64,000 nt of DNA from an uncultured Clostridia bacterium. GTDB lineage: Bacteria; Bacillota; Clostridia; Oscillospirales; CAG-272. Within the stretch, counting starts at the first letter, position 1, and every line of letters begins with the position of its first letter. This document shows positions 56,291 through 64,000 of this stretch, piece after piece. The DNA lies in assembly GCA_947631765.1 (NCBI GenBank), contig CANRMP010000013.1:141-64140 (forward strand). Reading direction: 5' to 3'. The notes beneath the pieces were generated by a model that was not told where the DNA came from, did no database searches, and saw nothing but the letters and a program-made list of their open reading frames with translations. Both the position numbers and the translations under genes were made by a program.

Positions 56291-58567
56291 ATGCTTTGCC
56301 AAGAAGTGCAAAACTACATATCAACTGCAAAAGGATTGCCTTTTTTCTATGTAGTTGGTGATGAAGACTACTCTTCTGTATTGGATGAATTGAAACAAAT
56401 GGATATCTCCATTGTGAGAATGAGTGATTTCTGTTCCAATGATGATAAATTTCCTAGCGTAGATGAACTGGTGGATTATTTTCAAACTTCCGATGTGGAT
56501 TATCGAAACAACAAATTTGTTGTGGTCGGTCTTGGGGAATATCTTGCGCTCAGGGGATCTGCCATTGCAGAGAAGGAACTACGTAGGTTAAAGAATACCA
56601 CCCTTGGAAATGCAAGAGCCATTCTTCTGCTAAGGGGGATTTCTATTCAGGCCACAAAAATCATCCGTGATGATAACAAGATAGTGAACCAGCAGAGAGC
56701 ATATATCTCCGTCAATTCTCTCACGAACATATCAATTACGAATGTACCGGAAGATGTTGGACTTGTTGCAAATGATGGTGTAAAACATTTGCTTCGATTA
56801 CTGGAAGACGGTGCTTGCGGAAATGTATATGCTAATACCGCACTGGTTCTTGATAACACGCTCTTTCCGATATCTAACCTCTCCGGAGCGCATTCTGTGG
56901 TAAAGCTACTTGTTAAGAACTTTACACTCGATAGTGATCTCGGTACAAAAGAACAGTGGCAACGGCTTCTGAAAGACCTAAATAAATTCGGAAAAGACAT
57001 CAAGACCGTATTTGATAAGAACGGCATTGACGAAAGAATCGTTGACGATTTGTGCTTAGCAGTTACCGGTCTTGAGTATCGAAACTGGCTGGTTTTCCTG
57101 TTTTTCAAATTAAATGCCAACCAGATACAAAACGCTTACCTGAAATTTGTGGTTGATGAAACTTTGAATTTTCAAGATTTCAAAACCAATCTTATGGTAA
57201 AAATTACGGAGCTATCCCATAAAGACCAGCGTTTTAGGCGGTTATATGATGAGAGAAAAAAGCTGCTAAAAGATTTTCCGGAAGAGGATGTTGCCATCTT
57301 CGTGAAGGCAAATGAAATTGACCCGGCAGAGAGCATCTATCGCCTGACTGATAATACACTATTGGAAAAGAAGACTGCAGTTAAGTGGGTGGCACGGAAC
57401 GGCTTTAGTGATGCCATATCCTATGTGTATCCCGCTCTTGATGCATACCTGAAGAAATATATATTTGACTGCCCTGTACTTGCAAGTGAATTGACGGAAT
57501 ACTTTGATTCTTATAAGCAACAAAAGGTTTCAAATCATATTTCAGATGACTTTGTAAAGCTCGTTGAGAAGTATGCATCTGGCATTTCTTATGCACAGCT
57601 ACCCACAAGGGACAATGCAATCAAGGCCATTGCAGACAAGAACAGTGCTTACCTGTATTGGATTGATGCATTAGGTGTAGAATACCTGTCGTATATTACT
57701 GCCCTTGCGAGGAAAAAGGGGCTGTCAATGCATATAGATATTGTTCGCTCCGATTTGCCGACAATCACATCGATAAATAAGCAGTTCTATGAACAATGGA
57801 CGGGTGGAAGGAAATATAAGGAAGAAGAACTAGATAACATTAAACATAAGGACAAGGGTGGGTATTTCTTTACAGAAGACGAAGATCCTATCCACATTCC
57901 AGCAGAGCTTGAGGTAATAGAAAGGGCCCTAAATACTGCTGCGATGGAGCTTGGCATGCATAACTGTAAATCGTTTGTTATCGCAAGCGATCACGGTGCT
58001 TCCAGATTGGCTGTCATAAAGAAGCAGGAAGTGCCGTATGAAACTGACACCAAGGGTGAACACTCTGGACGTTGCTGTAAGGCTTTTGAGGGATGCGATG
58101 TTCCTTATAAGGTTGAGGATAACGGCTTTATCATTCTTACCGATTATGGCAGATTTCGTGGCAGCCGCACAGCCAATGTAGAAGTACACGGAGGAGCCAG
58201 CCTTGAGGAAATTGTTGTGCCTGTAATTACGCTGACACTAAAAAAGCAGGCAAGTATTCAGATTACAGTTATGCATCCTGACGATATTACCGCAGATCGT
58301 CATGATGGTGTTACGCTGAACTTGTACATTTCAGATGTGGAGTCACCGGACAATATCAGTATTGTGATCGAGGATAAGCCTTATAAAGGTAAATCGGAAG
58401 ATGGATTGCATTACACCTTTGAACTTAAAGATATTAAGCGAGCAAAGACAAAACCGTACACAGCCGATGTCTTTGACGGGATTGATTTAATCGGTAGCGT
58501 TTCCTTCACGGTGAGGGGCAAAACCGCTACAGTTAAAGATGATTTTGATTTTGGCGATGAATTTTAA
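56291..58567 (+). CDS. pglZ: PglZ-domain protein (alkaline-phosphatase superfamily)
   Basis: YWIDALGVEYLSY, DLPTITSINK, IASDHGASR and VHGGASLEEIVVPVI are the conserved PglZ motifs. Confidence 0.8.
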   Translation: MLCQEVQNYISTAKGLPFFYVVGDEDYSSVLDELKQMDISIVRMSDFCSNDDKFPSVDELVDYFQTSDVDYRNNKFVVVGLGEYLALRGSAIAEKELRRLKNTTLGNARAILLLRGISIQATKIIRDDNKIVNQQRAYISVNSLTNISITNVPEDVGLVANDGVKHLLRLLEDGACGNVYANTALVLDNTLFPISNLSGAHSVVKLLVKNFTLDSDLGTKEQWQRLLKDLNKFGKDIKTVFDKNGIDERIVDDLCLAVTGLEYRNWLVFLFFKLNANQIQNAYLKFVVDETLNFQDFKTNLMVKITELSHKDQRFRRLYDERKKLLKDFPEEDVAIFVKANEIDPAESIYRLTDNTLLEKKTAVKWVARNGFSDAISYVYPALDAYLKKYIFDCPVLASELTEYFDSYKQQKVSNHISDDFVKLVEKYASGISYAQLPTRDNAIKAIADKNSAYLYWIDALGVEYLSYITALARKKGLSMHIDIVRSDLPTITSINKQFYEQWTGGRKYKEEELDNIKHKDKGGYFFTEDEDPIHIPAELEVIERALNTAAMELGMHNCKSFVIASDHGASRLAVIKKQEVPYETDTKGEHSGRCCKAFEGCDVPYKVEDNGFIILTDYGRFRGSRTANVEVHGGASLEEIVVPVITLTLKKQASIQITVMHPDDITADRHDGVTLNLYISDVESPDNISIVIEDKPYKGKSEDGLHYTFELKDIKRAKTKPYTADVFDGIDLIGSVSFTVRGKTATVKDDFDFGDEF

Positions 58568-58578
58568 GGAGGAGAACT

Positions 58579-60075
58579 ATGGAACTTTCCGAAAAGCTAA
58601 GAGATAATTTTGACGAGATGGTCGTCTATAAAGATTTGAAGAAAACCAACTTCTTCTCCACGTTGAGTCTCCCCGCCTTTATGCGCGACTGGCTGCTGAA
58701 AAAGTTTGAGGACGACGAGGGCGAATTTGATAAAGACGATCTTGCTAGATTTGTCAAAAAATTTATTCCTAGAAAAGATGACTGGAATGCGATAAAAAAT
58801 GACATCGTTATTGAAGGTAAAACAGTAAAATTTCTTGCCAAGGTATCTGTGAATATTGACATCAAAACCGGTGAGGTATCTTTTGCTCTGCCCGACTTCG
58901 GCTTGGGATTTAAAGAAACTATCATTGAAAGCGATGTGTGGGATTCATGCAAAGATGACCTTGTAAAAGGCCGAGATATATGGGGAATGGTAGAGCTTGG
59001 ATATCGTTCGCCAGACGATTTTGATTTTACCTTTGAGTATGAAAAAAAATCATCTAAAGCCAAAAATTCTAAAGATGGAAAAATCAAGCTTGTTTCCTTC
59101 AAGAATTTCTGTCCTTATGAGATTGATCTTGAGGACTACAAAGAGGCCCGCAAAGAATTTACTACAAGCGAATGGATTGACGTTATCCTTGGAGCTGTTG
59201 ACTATAATGCCGCCGGATACAAAACTGAAGAAGAAAAGCTCACAATGCTTACCAGACTGCTTCCGTTTGTTGAAAAGCGCCTAAATCTCATCGAGCTTGC
59301 TCCAAAGGGTACTGGAAAATCTTATCTTTTTGGAAATGTTAGCCGATATGGTTGGCTTTCTAGTGGCGGTGTTATGAGCCGAGCCAAGATGTTCTATGAC
59401 CAGACAAAGCGCCGAGAGGGATTGATTTCTGGGAGTGATTTCGTTACACTGGACGAAGTACAGACAATTTCCTTTACAGATACTGACGAAATGCGGGCTG
59501 CTTTGAAAGGCTATTTGGAACAGGGTACATTTACTGTAGGCGACTATAAAGGAACTGCAGATGCTGGCATGGTACTTTGCGGGAATATCCGCAAAGAAAT
59601 CATGGATGCAGACGGTTATGAAAATATGTTCACTGAGTTACCGCCTGTTTTCCATGAGTCAGCGTTAATTGAAAGATTTCACGGATTCATTAAAGGATGG
59701 AATATTCCTCGCATGAAAGACGATTTGAAGATAGATGGATGGGCTTTGAATTCAGAATACTTCTGTTCAATCATGCACGAACTTCGCAGCGACATGACAT
59801 ATAGAAGCATTGTGGACGAATTTATTGTTGTGCCTGAAGGAGCCGACACACGTGATACTGAAGCTGTAAAGCGAATTGCTACGGCATACCTAAAGCTTCT
59901 TTTCCCAAATGTTCAGCATGTAGAAGATATAACACCAAGAGAATTTAAGAAATATTGCTTTGATCGTGCTCGCAGAATGAGAGATACGATTAAATATCAG
60001 CTTGGCTTACTTGATGTAGAGTATGCCGGAAAGGATTTGCCGCCATTTAAAATTTATGGCATAGATGCTGAGTGA
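58579..60075 (+). CDS. brxL: BrxL-like ATPase, short form without the Lon-protease domain
   Basis: The N-terminus L..F..VVYKDL..LPAFMRDWLLKKF..G parallels the BrxL N-domain. Walker A APKGTGKSYLF and Walker B DFVTLDEVQ. The protein ends at 498 aa. Confidence 0.75.
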   Translation: MELSEKLRDNFDEMVVYKDLKKTNFFSTLSLPAFMRDWLLKKFEDDEGEFDKDDLARFVKKFIPRKDDWNAIKNDIVIEGKTVKFLAKVSVNIDIKTGEVSFALPDFGLGFKETIIESDVWDSCKDDLVKGRDIWGMVELGYRSPDDFDFTFEYEKKSSKAKNSKDGKIKLVSFKNFCPYEIDLEDYKEARKEFTTSEWIDVILGAVDYNAAGYKTEEEKLTMLTRLLPFVEKRLNLIELAPKGTGKSYLFGNVSRYGWLSSGGVMSRAKMFYDQTKRREGLISGSDFVTLDEVQTISFTDTDEMRAALKGYLEQGTFTVGDYKGTADAGMVLCGNIRKEIMDADGYENMFTELPPVFHESALIERFHGFIKGWNIPRMKDDLKIDGWALNSEYFCSIMHELRSDMTYRSIVDEFIVVPEGADTRDTEAVKRIATAYLKLLFPNVQHVEDITPREFKKYCFDRARRMRDTIKYQLGLLDVEYAGKDLPPFKIYGIDAE

Positions 60076-60076
60076 C

Positions 60077-60277
60077 ATGGAAACGAAAAAATGTTATGTC
60101 TGCGGTAAAATTCCGCTTTCTAAGGATGAGATAGGTCTTACTAAAAAGATAATCAATAAGGACGCAACGGCTTTTTATTGCTTACCTTGTCTGGCAGAAT
60201 ACCTTGAAGTTACCGAAGAAGAACTGATTGCCAAAATCGAGGAGTTCAAGGAAGAAGGCTGCACACTGTTTAAGTGA
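60077..60277 (+). CDS. Small Cys4 zinc-ribbon protein
   Basis: CYVCG..(about 32 aa)..CLPC, followed by an acidic helix. The alternative start at ATG 60065 overlaps the brxL stop. No family recognised. Confidence 0.5.
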   Translation: METKKCYVCGKIPLSKDEIGLTKKIINKDATAFYCLPCLAEYLEVTEEELIAKIEEFKEEGCTLFK

Positions 60278-60286
60278 GGAATAGCT

Positions 60287-61414
60287 ATGAAGCAGTTTAT
60301 TTATGCCGACAATGCGGCAACTACAAAATTGGATATTGATGCATTCGAGGCAATGAAACCGTTCTTGCTTGATGAGTACGGTAATGCATCGCAGCCCTAT
60401 TCTTTTGCTCGTCAACCTAAGAAAGCGCTAAGTAATGCACGAACAATTATTGCGGAATGTATAAATGCTTCGCCGAAAGAAATCTATTTTACTTCCGGTG
60501 GTACAGAAAGCGATAATTGGGCGATTAAAGGAATATCACTAAACGGAACTGTCGCTCCAATAATTACTTCGCAAATTGAACATCACGCCATTCTCAATTC
60601 CTGCAAAACAGTTGAAACGATGGGTATTCCTGTGACCTATTTGGGTGTTACAAAGCAGGGTGTTGTTGATCCGGCTGTGCTGAAAAATGCGATTGCAAAT
60701 TCAACAAAGCTTGTCTCTGTAATGTATGCGAACAATGAGATTGGGAGCGTTCAACCAATAAAAGAGCTCTGTGAAATTGCTCATAATCATGGCGCTTTAT
60801 TTCATACAGATGCTGTACAAGCCGTCGGTCATATTCGTATAGATGTTAAAGAACTGGGTGTTGATTTGCTATCTGCTTCTGCTCACAAATTTAACGGGCC
60901 TAAGGGAGTCGGTTTTTTATACATAAAAAACGGAACTCCGATTCAACCTTATGCAAACGGCGGTTCTCAAGAGTCATCGTTGCGAGCCGGAACGGAAAAT
61001 ATAGCAGCCATTGTTGGAATGGCAGTGGCTCTGAAGAAAAACTGTGAACAACTTGATCAGACACATAATCATCTTACTGGTCTGGAATACGAGTTGCTTC
61101 GTCTTCTTAGGCAGCACAGTATTCCGTTTATCCGTAATGGATCGGAAAATCACATTGCAGGAAATCTTAGCCTATCTTTTCCCAACAAAGACGGAGAGGC
61201 TATCATGCACATATTAGATCTGCACGGGATATGCGTTTCAACCGGTGCCGCTTGTGACAGTGTAAATACAGAAATATCGCACGTTTTAAAAGCTATAGGT
61301 TTGCAAGATAACTATGCCAAGGGCACAATTCGAATTTCACTCGGGAAAAATAATACAGAAAAAGATGTACGGCTAATAGCGGATTCTCTTAAGCAAATAG
61401 AATCCAAACTATAG
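60287..61414 (+). CDS. Cysteine desulfurase (class V aminotransferase, NifS/IscS/DndA-like)
   Basis: TSGGTESDN, the PLP-lysine motif SASAHKFNGPKGVG, and the active-site loop STGAACDS. Confidence 0.85.
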   Translation: MKQFIYADNAATTKLDIDAFEAMKPFLLDEYGNASQPYSFARQPKKALSNARTIIAECINASPKEIYFTSGGTESDNWAIKGISLNGTVAPIITSQIEHHAILNSCKTVETMGIPVTYLGVTKQGVVDPAVLKNAIANSTKLVSVMYANNEIGSVQPIKELCEIAHNHGALFHTDAVQAVGHIRIDVKELGVDLLSASAHKFNGPKGVGFLYIKNGTPIQPYANGGSQESSLRAGTENIAAIVGMAVALKKNCEQLDQTHNHLTGLEYELLRLLRQHSIPFIRNGSENHIAGNLSLSFPNKDGEAIMHILDLHGICVSTGAACDSVNTEISHVLKAIGLQDNYAKGTIRISLGKNNTEKDVRLIADSLKQIESKL

Positions 61415-61445
61415 TGTTCCATAATACAAAGCCACCTCTGCGCTA

Positions 61446-61503
61446 CCATTGTACAAAGGAGGCTCATTTTTGTTGAATGTGCGATTTTCGAAATTGCGGT
61501 TTT
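61446..61503. repeat. 58-bp direct repeat, copy 1 (flanks the tnpV module)
   Basis: CCATTGTACAAAGGAGGCTCATTTTTGTTGAATGTGCGATTTTCGAAATTGCGGTTTT aligns with 62158-62216. Confidence 0.7.
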
Positions 61504-61543
61504 GCCGTCTGAAAGGATATTTCGAAAAAATGGGCATCGCATT

Positions 61544-61580
61544 TTAGTCAAGTACGATTTGCCGAATCGTACTTGACTAA
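61544..61580. terminator. Perfect 16-bp hairpin, probable terminator of the operon
   Basis: TTAGTCAAGTACGATT, loop TGCCG, AATCGTACTTGACTAA, followed by a T-rich run. Confidence 0.55.
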
Positions 61581-61759
61581 ATTTTAAATTTCGGCAAGTG
61601 CGTGTTCTTTTGTACTTGATAAGACTATATGACCTCCGTTACAAAATTCGAAAACCGTGATTAAATTCCTACACGCAAATCTCATAAATCGCATGTTAAA
61701 TAGTACATTCTCTGTTATACATAGCGGCGGCAGAGATTTTTCCCTGCCGCCGCCCGGAT

Positions 61760-62134
61760 TTAACTGTAGATCAACTCATTATTGACAATCTCCGTTGCTC
61801 TGTTGCGGATATTGTTCATCCGTCCGACCCACGCCATTTGGTCTTGCGCTTTGAGCGCTTCGGTCACACCCTCACGCTCTGCCATCTGTTTTACCAGCCG
61901 GGAAAACAGTTCCTCCGCCTGCCGGTCGATGTCTGCGAGGTACTCGCTCAGCTTGCAGGCAGTGAGCAGGTTGTAGTACAAGATGCGGTGATGCTCTTTC
62001 AAATACCGCCTGTGCCGCTGTCCCCAAATACCTATGGGCTGTTCTTCCTCGGCGGGTAAAGTTAGGCAAGGGAGCCGACAGTCGCCCTGCTGTTCGTATT
62101 TCCCGCCCGTTTGCTCGAATACTGTTTTTTCCAT
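61760..62134 (-). CDS. tnpV: TnpV-family protein (transposon-associated)
   Basis: MEKTVFEQTGGKYEQQGDCRLPCLTLPAEEEQPIGIWGQRHRRYLKEHHRILYYNLL matches the TnpV pattern. Start at ATG 62134, behind the AAGGAGG RBS. Confidence 0.8.
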   Translation of the reverse strand: MEKTVFEQTGGKYEQQGDCRLPCLTLPAEEEQPIGIWGQRHRRYLKEHHRILYYNLLTACKLSEYLADIDRQAEELFSRLVKQMAEREGVTEALKAQDQMAWVGRMNNIRNRATEIVNNELIYS

Positions 62135-62157
62135 AACGCAAACCTCCTTTGCACTAT

Positions 62158-62216
62158 CATTGTACAAAGGAGGCTCGATTTCGTCGAATGTGCGATTTTC
62201 AGAATTGCAGGTTTTT
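62158..62216. repeat. 58-bp direct repeat, copy 2
   Basis: See copy 1. It overlaps the last codons of the AAA ATPase gene. Confidence 0.7.
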
Positions 62217-63551
62217 TGCGTTCCCTGTGGCGGCTTGGAAGAACATAATATCATAAATCGGGAGATAGGTGATCTTGCCGTTTGTCGTAATTTCCCGTGC
62301 GTTTGATAGGACATACGCCTTTTTGATGTGGTAGTCCTCATTCTGCACGAAAGCGGTGAGGGCGCTGTGTACCGTGTAATCTTTCCCGGATTTCACTTCA
62401 ATCGGCACAGTGGAGAGGCTGTCATAATCGTCGATTAGAAAGTCCACTTCGCCTTTGCTGCGGTTATCATAATAGAACAGCTTATACCCATGTGCCGCAA
62501 GCTCGGCGGCAACAGCGCTTTCATACACAGAACCAAGATTGATACTCCGTTCATCGTCCAAAACCGCACGGATATTATTCCCGTACAAGATACCGGTCAG
62601 AATGCCAACGTCGTTCAGGTAGAGCTTCAGCAGATTCTTTCCGCTGGACTCGATCAACGGGAATACCGGATTGGAGATGGCCTGCACGGGCAGAGAAATT
62701 CCGGCGCTGATCAGGTACTCGAACTCGTCCTGATAATCCCGAAAGGTCTTGCCCCGCTTGTTTTCGATTGTCTGCGCCACCACTCGCTTCTTTTTGTTTT
62801 CCATATTGGAGGGGATCAGGTCATAGACCCGGCGAATCTTCAGCTTTTTCTCCTCATCGTACTTGGAAGCATCCGCAGCGTAGTAATCGTGAATTTCGCT
62901 TTGGATCTCCCGCACAGACAAGATGTTTTTCTCGGAAAGATAGGCGTTCACAGCGTCCGGCAATCCGCCGACGAGCAAATATTTTCGGAACAGATCCATC
63001 ATTTTTTCGTGAACCGGCTCATCGAGGGCTTCCCGTTTTTCAAATTTCTTTCGCATCGCAGAGACGGCAATTTCATTCATCCCGTTTGCATAAAGAAACT
63101 CTTCAAAATCCAGCGGGAACATTCTGACCTTGCGGATACTGCCCATCGGGATGGAGGTCGTCTGTGAAAGCGTGACGCCCAAAAGCGAGCCGCTGGCAAT
63201 GAAGGTGAATTTATCGTCCTGCGACAGGAATTTGAGCAGCGTCAGCAGGTGCGGGTACGCCTGAATTTCATCAAGGAAGATCAGCGTATTTTCCTTCTTC
63301 TTCATTTTGCTGCCTGCCAGCATACTGACTTGAAGATAGAAGTCCTCCACCGTTTTGGTATTTGCAAACAGCCGGTCGCCCAGCGAATCTTCAACCATAT
63401 TGATCTCGATGAAGTTTTCGAACAGCTTCTTGCCGACATAGCGGATGATATACGTTTTGCCGACCTGCCTTGCGCCGTCGATCAAAAGTATTTTTTGGGA
63501 GCCGGACGTTAGGTGCGACTCGATCAATGCCTCAATTTTGCGGTATAGCAT
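62199..63551 (-). CDS. AAA_14/DUF4143-family ATPase
   Basis: Walker A DGARQVGKTY and Walker B LIFLDEIQ. The C-terminal DUF4143-like region is GEVDFLI. Confidence 0.8.
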   Translation of the reverse strand: MLYRKIEALIESHLTSGSQKILLIDGARQVGKTYIIRYVGKKLFENFIEINMVEDSLGDRLFANTKTVEDFYLQVSMLAGSKMKKKENTLIFLDEIQAYPHLLTLLKFLSQDDKFTFIASGSLLGVTLSQTTSIPMGSIRKVRMFPLDFEEFLYANGMNEIAVSAMRKKFEKREALDEPVHEKMMDLFRKYLLVGGLPDAVNAYLSEKNILSVREIQSEIHDYYAADASKYDEEKKLKIRRVYDLIPSNMENKKKRVVAQTIENKRGKTFRDYQDEFEYLISAGISLPVQAISNPVFPLIESSGKNLLKLYLNDVGILTGILYGNNIRAVLDDERSINLGSVYESAVAAELAAHGYKLFYYDNRSKGEVDFLIDDYDSLSTVPIEVKSGKDYTVHSALTAFVQNEDYHIKKAYVLSNAREITTNGKITYLPIYDIMFFQAATGNAKNLQF

Positions 63552-63732
63552 AATACGCCTCCTGACTTTTCAAGAAGATTATACCACAAAATCATTGACA
63601 TTTCAATAGGATTTGCTCGACATTTTTATGGCTTTTCAAATTTGCATGGAGTGAAATACGATTTTCCCTGTCAGAAAAGTTTCCGCTGCCGTGCAAACTC
63701 TTTTAGAATGTAAATATACTAACGGACTTTAT

Positions 63733-63917
63733 GGATTTGGGCAAAAATAAGCGTCTGATGAACTCGGATGCTCAGTCGTGGCACGATTGCGCATAATCGT
63801 AAAAAACTTTGAAATATCATAGATTATCTTGAAAATCGGATGATTTTGTGCTATACTATTAATGGATTTTATAAGTACGACCCTACTGGAGAAAGGACAT
63901 ATAATATGGCAGTATCC
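63733..63917 (+). repeat. Direct repeat copy 2, right bracket of the cassette
   Basis: Same promoter (TTGAAA, 17 nt, TATACT), RBS and ATGGCAGTATCC as copy 1. Homology fades after 63917. Confidence 0.8.
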
Positions 63918-63952
63918 ATAATCGGAAAAGGAATTGATTTCGGAGGAACAAT

Positions 63953-64000
63953 GTGGCACTTGAAAATAAATTAGGACTTACAAGCTCTGCCGACCTTGCC
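63953..64000 (+). CDS. Possible 5' end of an HTH-type gene running off the window
   Basis: GTG at 63953 lies 6 nt behind a GGAGG RBS and translates as (M)ALENKLGLTSSADLA, which is XRE-like. The ATG at 63906 inherited from the repeat terminates after 21 codons. Only 16 codons are visible. Confidence 0.3.
   Translation, partial: MALENKLGLTSSADLA

Larger units (their letters stand above)
38502..64000. mobile_element. Integrative mobilisable element adjacent to tRNA-Ser; the right end lies beyond the window
   Basis: A tyrosine integrase lies directly downstream of the tRNA. Then come relaxase, MobC, ParB-like, a RepA-like ATPase, an excisionase-type HTH, an IS110 insertion and cargo genes. Composition differs from the flanking chromosome. 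The exact attL core cannot be determined from one end. Confidence 0.65.

Noticed and set aside
47289-61414. Calling the operon a Dnd/Ssp phosphorothioation system or a classical type-1 BREX
   Set aside because: No DndB/D/E, DndFGH, SspB/C/E or PglX-like genes are visible. PglZ and BrxL are present, so BREX type 4-like is the better frame. The Dnd analogy is kept only as a mechanistic hypothesis.

Overview
64-kb window from a spore-forming Firmicute, probably Clostridia. That assignment is an inference from the cotJABC and CotH genes, an SPKTG sorting signal and the general gene content. The window has three parts. (1) 1-2.2 kb is the right end of a mobile element (MazF toxin fragment, large serine recombinase) inserted inside the spore-coat gene cotJC. 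cotJA, cotJB and the 5' piece of cotJC remain on the minus strand. (2) 3-38 kb is ordinary chromosome: bcp, a DUF2075-type ATPase, tRNA-Thr/tRNA-Tyr, prs, a CotH/LTD lipoprotein, a zincin lipoprotein, two RimK-type ATP-grasp ligases, pepF, ThuA, the MoxR-DUF58-transglutaminase triad, a GH27 alpha-galactosidase with embedded rhodanese and NPCBM domains, AraC, a PA14 surface protein, paaK, two ABC exporters and YitT. (3) 38.4-64 kb is an integrative mobilisable element next to tRNA-Ser(CGA). It carries a tyrosine integrase, an IS110 insertion, ParB-like, relaxase, MobC, a RepA-like ATPase, an excisionase-type HTH and an iteron-like repeat array. Its cargo is a visibly AT-richer cassette of about 17 kb bracketed by direct repeats of about 190 bp. 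The cassette holds a tightly coupled seven-gene operon: an 840-aa unknown, BrxP (PAPS-reductase/DndC-like with a Cys cluster), a 1390-aa BrxC-like ATPase, PglZ, a short BrxL-like ATPase lacking the Lon protease domain, a Zn-ribbon protein and a cysteine desulfurase. This is a BREX type-4-like defence locus extended by a DndA/DndC-like sulfur module, with no methyltransferase. It is the best candidate for a novel system in the window. No rRNA genes or CRISPR arrays were seen.
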